Source: Candidatus Latescibacterota bacterium (GTDB lineage Bacteria; Latescibacterota; UBA2968; GCA-2709665). Taken from it: DNA of 64,000 nt. The position numbers and the translations under genes were made by a program. Shown piece by piece: positions 59,601 to 64,000 of the stretch; position 1 is the stretch's first letter; every line of letters begins with the position of its first letter. The DNA is taken from assembly GCA_965237675.1 (NCBI GenBank), contig OZ250150.1, positions 1,664,001 to 1,728,000 on the forward strand, read 5' to 3'. Below the pieces are notes generated by a model. The model did not search any database, was not told where the DNA came from, and worked only from the letters and a program-made list of their open reading frames with translations.

Positions 59601-60407
59601 TTTGAGGTCTACAGGGGGACGTGGGACCGGTACGCCCGGAATTCCGCGGTGGAGTTCGTGACGGCGGCGGACCTGCGTGGAGACGGGCGGTTGGATATTC
59701 TGGCGGCGGTCTCGGACCGGAAGCTTCACTGTTTTGACGCGAGTGGAAACGAGCGGTGGAGCTTTATGATCTACGGGATTTTTGCGCCGCTTCGCGCGGC
59801 GGATATCAACGGGGATGGGAAGCAGGAGGTGATCGGCGGTCCGGGCCGGATCACCTGCGGGGGGACCTGCTATGTGCTGGACGCCGACGGCGGCCAAACT
59901 GCGAGCCATGGGCTGGACGGGTGGGCGTCGATGATGCCTGCCTGCGACGTGTGGGTGCAGGGGGAAGATCACCTGGTTGTGTGCGGCACGAACCGGTCGA
60001 ATGTCTTTGCGTTGAAACTCGAATGCGGTCGATTGGAGACGCTCTGGAAGCAGAGAGTGGGAGAGGAAGTCAACGCGATCTGTGCGGTGGACGTGGATGG
60101 GGACGACAGGCCGGAGGTCGTGGTCGGGTCGGACTGTTTTTATCTCTATTTGCTGGATGAGCACGGTACGGAGCGGTGGCGGCGTAACCTGGGGGCGCCC
60201 GTGGAGCGGGTGATCGTCGGTGATCTGAACGGGAGCCCGAAGATTGTGGCGGGGTGTGAGGACGGGACCGTATGGGTTCTGGACGGGGAGGGCACGCCGG
60301 TTGCCAGACACCAGCAACAGGGCGCGGTCCACGCCTTGACTGCCGACGGCAGGGGCCATCTGATGCTGGGTGGGTCGGATGGGACGCTTTCGGTGCTGGG
60401 GGTGTGA
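56664..60407 (+). CDS. Large protein: N-terminal alpha/beta domain, heparinase II/III-like core, C-terminal PQQ/FG-GAP beta-propeller
   Basis: YPGRGGY, RQNHQT, PAFGD, NHSHEDGN, HNGVT, W.RNV.W....YFVVVD, then DING/DVDGD and W-type propeller repeats. Confidence 0.75.
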   Translation: MAVKNGSAGLKVDELKDLCLETALVVNGEPQAKIVIGGDGAHERLAGRIVERVEAATGARLEVVRAGEAAPGMLLEGHVVALGNMADNAFIRWLYYQWWAVEDRCYPGRGGYALRTMHNPLGNGKNVVLLGASDAAGLERVTSRFVGLVPDEKTLSFGWLMDIRLGSGFDAFGCPPEGWLQERREDFIARATAPHASESGAGFELISEAGAYGLMYHRTGHEAYAAAVREIAEAHLRMGEHGVMAHFHVWWLAVVWDLIEESPVFSDEDRLKITQYLLWIMDSAEGAYTQFFRQGVGHRMIRQNHQTLVALAAWFGGRYFSTHYGFEESKEWMAASADVFKGQAVSFKPIEDANAYQWMTLDHMLTYSLASGDTTYIDNGNCKRSLDQAVLYCNNRGALPAFGDTGAPMDGYPTNFLVKAGHVLQDGRAAFLLGKRFDRPSDYFRPQPPGERYESVSDPLLVRSFEKYFCDGLAPEVPDGMAGVQVLEVAGGFYDFAEDPQAKEREVKPLNMQREDAFDTVCFREGFEREDQYLMLHGIFYGNHSHEDGNTIPEFSANDRIFLVDASYTEGPTLKHHNGVTAVRDGEAWEVPALCRLEGVADLGRVGMSRTSVTGDWGALWVRNVVWRRGRYFVVVDEVEATKAGAFALQCHWRTLGTPALRDGTLEVVQQDPDSGREDRFVLQSVGGGRMSLERDWENFGHWWDAYPYADDYVNILRESANREMAVGDRHTFINLFYASSPHKPVDDRMRRVGDSAVVVEGSDGRMVVGTGSGTGAFAVGPLSGRAGIYAAGDGWFALCNGTSLSTQDTIFESELPVSIEFDLESGEGVVVAPEPVEITLCGERLRVMAGRQAVKTRKPGAGVLSLDGVADLPAWEAGSRARAQAASVPGLRRVWTYDAGSGVRCAAAGEDGVVLGTEDGRVVALDENGKPAWSFQAEGRVLSVCPVVMDGRRCVIAGADDRRLYLLEEGGGVRWSRAFEVYRGTWDRYARNSAVEFVTAADLRGDGRLDILAAVSDRKLHCFDASGNERWSFMIYGIFAPLRAADINGDGKQEVIGGPGRITCGGTCYVLDADGGQTASHGLDGWASMMPACDVWVQGEDHLVVCGTNRSNVFALKLECGRLETLWKQRVGEEVNAICAVDVDGDDRPEVVVGSDCFYLYLLDEHGTERWRRNLGAPVERVIVGDLNGSPKIVAGCEDGTVWVLDGEGTPVARHQQQGAVHALTADGRGHLMLGGSDGTLSVLGV

Positions 60408-60452
60408 GGGTTTTGGGGAAGGCAGTCGGTTATATCTGCGAGAGGTGCAAAG

Positions 60453-63400
60453 ATGGGCGGGCACAGGATTGTTGAAGTGAAGCCGATGTCGCTGGAGATT
60501 CCGTTCGACGCGCGGGCTGTGGAGGTGGTGGCCGGTGGCGGAGACGCTCAGCAGGCCGCTGCCCTGCGCATCGCAGGAGCGTTGGCGCGGGCGTGCGGTT
60601 CGGAGGTCGTGGTGGCGGACGATTCGGCGTACGCCGCGTGGGATATCCGGCCGGAACGCCACGCGATTCTCGTGGGCAGCCTGGGGGACAACCGGGGGAT
60701 CGAGTACCTCTACTATCGATGGTTGACATTCGTGGACGGGTCCTATCCGGGTCGAGGGGGGTACGTGCTGACCACGGTCCGGGACCCGTGGGGGACGGGT
60801 CATAACGCGCTCGTGGTGGGAGCCGCGGACGAGGTGGGCCTGGATGCGGCTGTTGCACGCCTGACAAACGCTATCGCAGCAGCAGACGGGGGCATTCCCG
60901 GGCTTTACGAAGTGGTCTATGGGTCATCCCGGCCAGAGGAGGTGGCCGACGTGGCGCGCTGGGCAAGTGTGGGTCCCACCCCCGAAGGGTGGGTTTACGA
61001 TTTCACGGGATACGGGGGCCTGTCGCACGTTCCGTCGGCGGCGTGGGCATATGTGCGGAGTGGAGACACAAGAATCGCGGAGGGACTGAAACAGGGACTG
61101 ATGGCATTGATGGAGACGCCCGTTCTGCACACGCCCGAAAGCCAGCTTCACCTGGGATTCTGGCCGGTGATGATGATGTGGCCGATCGTGGAGACGTCTC
61201 CCGTGTTTTCCGAACCGGACCGGCTGAAGATCGTCCGGTTTCTGTACAATGTGCTGGTGTCACCCGAAGGGTCCGGGAACAGAGGGTTGAGGCATACGGC
61301 CGGGTCGGAGCTGCCGCGCCAGAACCACCAGACGCGGTGCGCGCTGGGCGTGCTGTTCGGGTCGATTTATTTTGAGCGGCACTATCATCTTCCCGAAGCT
61401 CGGGAATGGCGTGCGCTTGTTGACGAGCTGTTCCGTATCGGCGCCTATTGTTCCAAACAGATCTGCGACGACAACGCCCACGGGTGGAACCAGAGCATCG
61501 GGGATTTCGCGACCTATGCCCTGCTGACGGGGAATACGGTGTTTTTCGACAATGGAATGGCGCGCCTGGCAGCGGACCGCGCAGTGGGGAACTGTACGAG
61601 CAACGGGTTTGCCGCTACCATAGGAGACGGAGACGTGAAGTCGTATCCGAACGGGTTCCTGGCCCAGGTGTCCTTCTATCTGCGGGATGCCGGGCTGCGC
61701 TATGCCCTGGAAAATATGGCGCCCGAGATTGCACCCTCCGGCGGCCTGATGCCGTGCCGACAGCTCTACGATGCGGGGGTGGAGGTGGCGCCGCCCAGCG
61801 ATCAGGTTGGAACGCGCGTGTTTCCGCTGGACCGGCTGTATTACGATATTCCCAAGCATTCTCCCGGCGCGGTTGCGCTCAGGCCTCCGGGCGTGCCGTA
61901 TGGGCAGACGTTCGATATTCTGACAATGCGGAGCGGGTGGGAGAAGACGTCACAGTATCTGATCCTGGACGGCACGGGCGGAGGGTCGCATTCCTACGAG
62001 GACGCCAATGCCATTCTCACACTCACGCAGGACGACCGGTTTCTGCTGCTGTCCGCGGACCAGCTTTATTTTACCGCGCCCAAGTATCACAATATGGTGA
62101 CGGTGACACGGAACGGGCTGGGGGAGGAACTTCCAAGCTACTGCCGGGTGGACGGGAAGGCGGATCTGCAGACGTTCGGATTCTCCGCGACGACGCTTCC
62201 GGACTATGTGGGTATGGACTGGACGCGGGTGCTGCTGTGGAAAAAGGGGGACTTTTTCCTGGTGGTCGACCGGCTGGTGGCGAAGGAGAGGGCAACGTAC
62301 AGCGGTATGTGCCGCTGGTTCAGTCTGGGACAGCCGGAGCTGTCGGATCATGCATGTATTTTCCACCAGAGTGAGTGGAAGGGCAGCCGGACCGATTTTG
62401 TGGTTCAGAATCTGTCGGGACAGGCCTGCCGCACCCAGGAGGCGTTCTACGGCCCCACGGCGTCGTGGAAGTCGGGCTATGATCCTGAGCTCGGCGAGCA
62501 ATTGAGAACGGACCGGACGCTGCTTAGGGAGCTGGATCAGAGCCAGAGCGCCGTGCTGGAAGCGGGTGAGGCGCTGCGTTTTGTGAACTTGCTTTACGCC
62601 CGGTCCGGGGACCGGGTTGGAGACCGGCTCGAAGCGCAGTGCAACGCGTCGGGATGGATGCAGGTGAAAGCGCCGGAAGGGACATTTGCTATTTGTACAG
62701 GCGAGGTTCGGGGTGATGGCCTGCGCGCGGTGTGTGACGTGCTGGCGGTCTGGCGCGAGGGGGTTTTTGCGGCGAACTGCACGGCGTTGAAAGTTGGCGG
62801 GCTATCGGTTCAGTTTTCCAGGCCGTGCGGTGTGGAGGTGGATGCATCGGGCAGGCTTGAGGTGGACGCCGCAGAAGACCTGGCGGTTCTGTGGCGGGTT
62901 GAGGGCGGGGCGTCGGGGGAGTGCGAACTGGACGGCGGAGTCGTTCATACGCTGAATATCGGGTCCGTTGCCCTGCCCGATCCGGAGGATCTGTTCGATG
63001 CAGTGGGCGGACAGGAGGCGGTTGCCCCGGCGCGGCCAGGTCTAACGGCAGCGCCGCAGTCCGCGTGGACGGCGCAGGGAAGAGGGCGAATCAATGCTCT
63101 GCATATCGCGGAAGGGGATGTGGTGCTGGCCGCGTGTGAGGGAGACGCGCTGGTGGCCTTCGGGTTGGACGGAGCGTCCGCGTGGACTCTTGAGACGGGT
63201 AGTCCGGTCAATACGGTCCACACCGGGGTGCTGTGCGAGGGGGACCCCGCCCGGATCGTTCTGGGATGCGAGGACACGTTCGTGCGCGCGCTGGATTCCG
63301 CCACCCGCGAGGAGATCTGGCGGTATCATCCCGAATACGGCAACCAGTACTGGGACTACTGGTCCTGGTACAAATCGAGTATCAAACGCGTGTGGGTGGA

Positions 63401-64000
63401 AGACCTGGACGGCGACGGGAGCGGTGAGGTGGTTGTAACCCCTGGAAATATGCGGCTGCACCTGGTCGACGCCGCGGGGAATGAAAGGTGGGAGTACCGT
63501 ACGGACCACGGGACGTTTCTGACCTTTGAGACGTACGATCTGGATGGGGATGGGCAGAAGGAGATTGTGGGGGGGTGCGATATCCTGTCGTCGGGGAGTG
63601 TCTGCCGCGTGATCGGTATGGACGGACTGCAGAAGCATGCATTTTCCAATGCGGGATGGACATCGCAGGTGAAGGATGTGCTGATCGCGGACCTGGACGG
63701 CGACGGCAAGGTGGAGGTGGCCTGCGCGGTCAACCGGCAGGAGAACCTGAGGGTGCACAGCTTTGCTGAGAAGGCGAGGCGCTGGGGCCACTGCCTGGGC
63801 GAGGTGCCGGCGGGGCTGGCGCTTCTGGCCGGTTCCGGAGGAAAGGTCCTTTTTGCAGCTACGGAAGGGTCGACGGCAATCGGCTTTGGCCCGGAGGGTA
63901 CGCCGCTGTGGACTGTGGACGTGGCCCCCGGAGCGGCACGGGTCGTCCGCACGGGGAGTACAGCTGCTGTGGTGTGCGTGGACGGCCGCGTTCTGCGGGT
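60453..64000 (+). CDS. Paralogue of 56664-60407; runs off the window
   Basis: Not in ORF track; manual translation from ATG 60453 (GAGAGG RBS) gives YPGRGGY, LPRQNHQT, SHSYEDAN, HNMVTV, DLDGDG repeats in one frame. Confidence 0.8.
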   Translation, partial: MGGHRIVEVKPMSLEIPFDARAVEVVAGGGDAQQAAALRIAGALARACGSEVVVADDSAYAAWDIRPERHAILVGSLGDNRGIEYLYYRWLTFVDGSYPGRGGYVLTTVRDPWGTGHNALVVGAADEVGLDAAVARLTNAIAAADGGIPGLYEVVYGSSRPEEVADVARWASVGPTPEGWVYDFTGYGGLSHVPSAAWAYVRSGDTRIAEGLKQGLMALMETPVLHTPESQLHLGFWPVMMMWPIVETSPVFSEPDRLKIVRFLYNVLVSPEGSGNRGLRHTAGSELPRQNHQTRCALGVLFGSIYFERHYHLPEAREWRALVDELFRIGAYCSKQICDDNAHGWNQSIGDFATYALLTGNTVFFDNGMARLAADRAVGNCTSNGFAATIGDGDVKSYPNGFLAQVSFYLRDAGLRYALENMAPEIAPSGGLMPCRQLYDAGVEVAPPSDQVGTRVFPLDRLYYDIPKHSPGAVALRPPGVPYGQTFDILTMRSGWEKTSQYLILDGTGGGSHSYEDANAILTLTQDDRFLLLSADQLYFTAPKYHNMVTVTRNGLGEELPSYCRVDGKADLQTFGFSATTLPDYVGMDWTRVLLWKKGDFFLVVDRLVAKERATYSGMCRWFSLGQPELSDHACIFHQSEWKGSRTDFVVQNLSGQACRTQEAFYGPTASWKSGYDPELGEQLRTDRTLLRELDQSQSAVLEAGEALRFVNLLYARSGDRVGDRLEAQCNASGWMQVKAPEGTFAICTGEVRGDGLRAVCDVLAVWREGVFAANCTALKVGGLSVQFSRPCGVEVDASGRLEVDAAEDLAVLWRVEGGASGECELDGGVVHTLNIGSVALPDPEDLFDAVGGQEAVAPARPGLTAAPQSAWTAQGRGRINALHIAEGDVVLAACEGDALVAFGLDGASAWTLETGSPVNTVHTGVLCEGDPARIVLGCEDTFVRALDSATREEIWRYHPEYGNQYWDYWSWYKSSIKRVWVEDLDGDGSGEVVVTPGNMRLHLVDAAGNERWEYRTDHGTFLTFETYDLDGDGQKEIVGGCDILSSGSVCRVIGMDGLQKHAFSNAGWTSQVKDVLIADLDGDGKVEVACAVNRQENLRVHSFAEKARRWGHCLGEVPAGLALLAGSGGKVLFAATEGSTAIGFGPEGTPLWTVDVAPGAARVVRTGSTAAVVCVDGRVLR

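Overview
GC-rich bacterial chromosomal window with no rRNA, tRNA or CRISPR. PorV, FlgD/T9SS-type C-terminal domains, cohesin/dockerin, a GWxTD-like protein and many heparinase-like and oxidoreductase paralogues suggest an FCB-group lineage such as Latescibacterota (inference only). (1) 1-23.9 kb is an all-minus-strand run of catabolic enzymes. It includes a receiver-domain/glutamate dehydrogenase fusion that is missing from the ORF track, an AAC(3)-TIM barrel fusion, and a RAYT plus UDG-like insertion. (2) 24.9-32.6 kb encodes a 2258-aa protein (22 FN3, 2 Ig, dockerin) whose 40 cysteines fit an inter-domain disulfide 'staple' pattern, followed by a small cohesin + sorting-domain protein that may be its adaptor. 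(3) A frameshifted IS1380 follows. (4) 35.5-64 kb is a plus-strand run: OMP, TonB-dependent receptor, CTD cargo, PorV-like protein, two Cys-less FGE-fold lipoproteins, TPR, two CRTAC1/ASPIC proteins, a GWxTD-like protein and three heparinase-II/III-like proteins, the last running off the window. All domain calls are by eye from motifs, not from searches.
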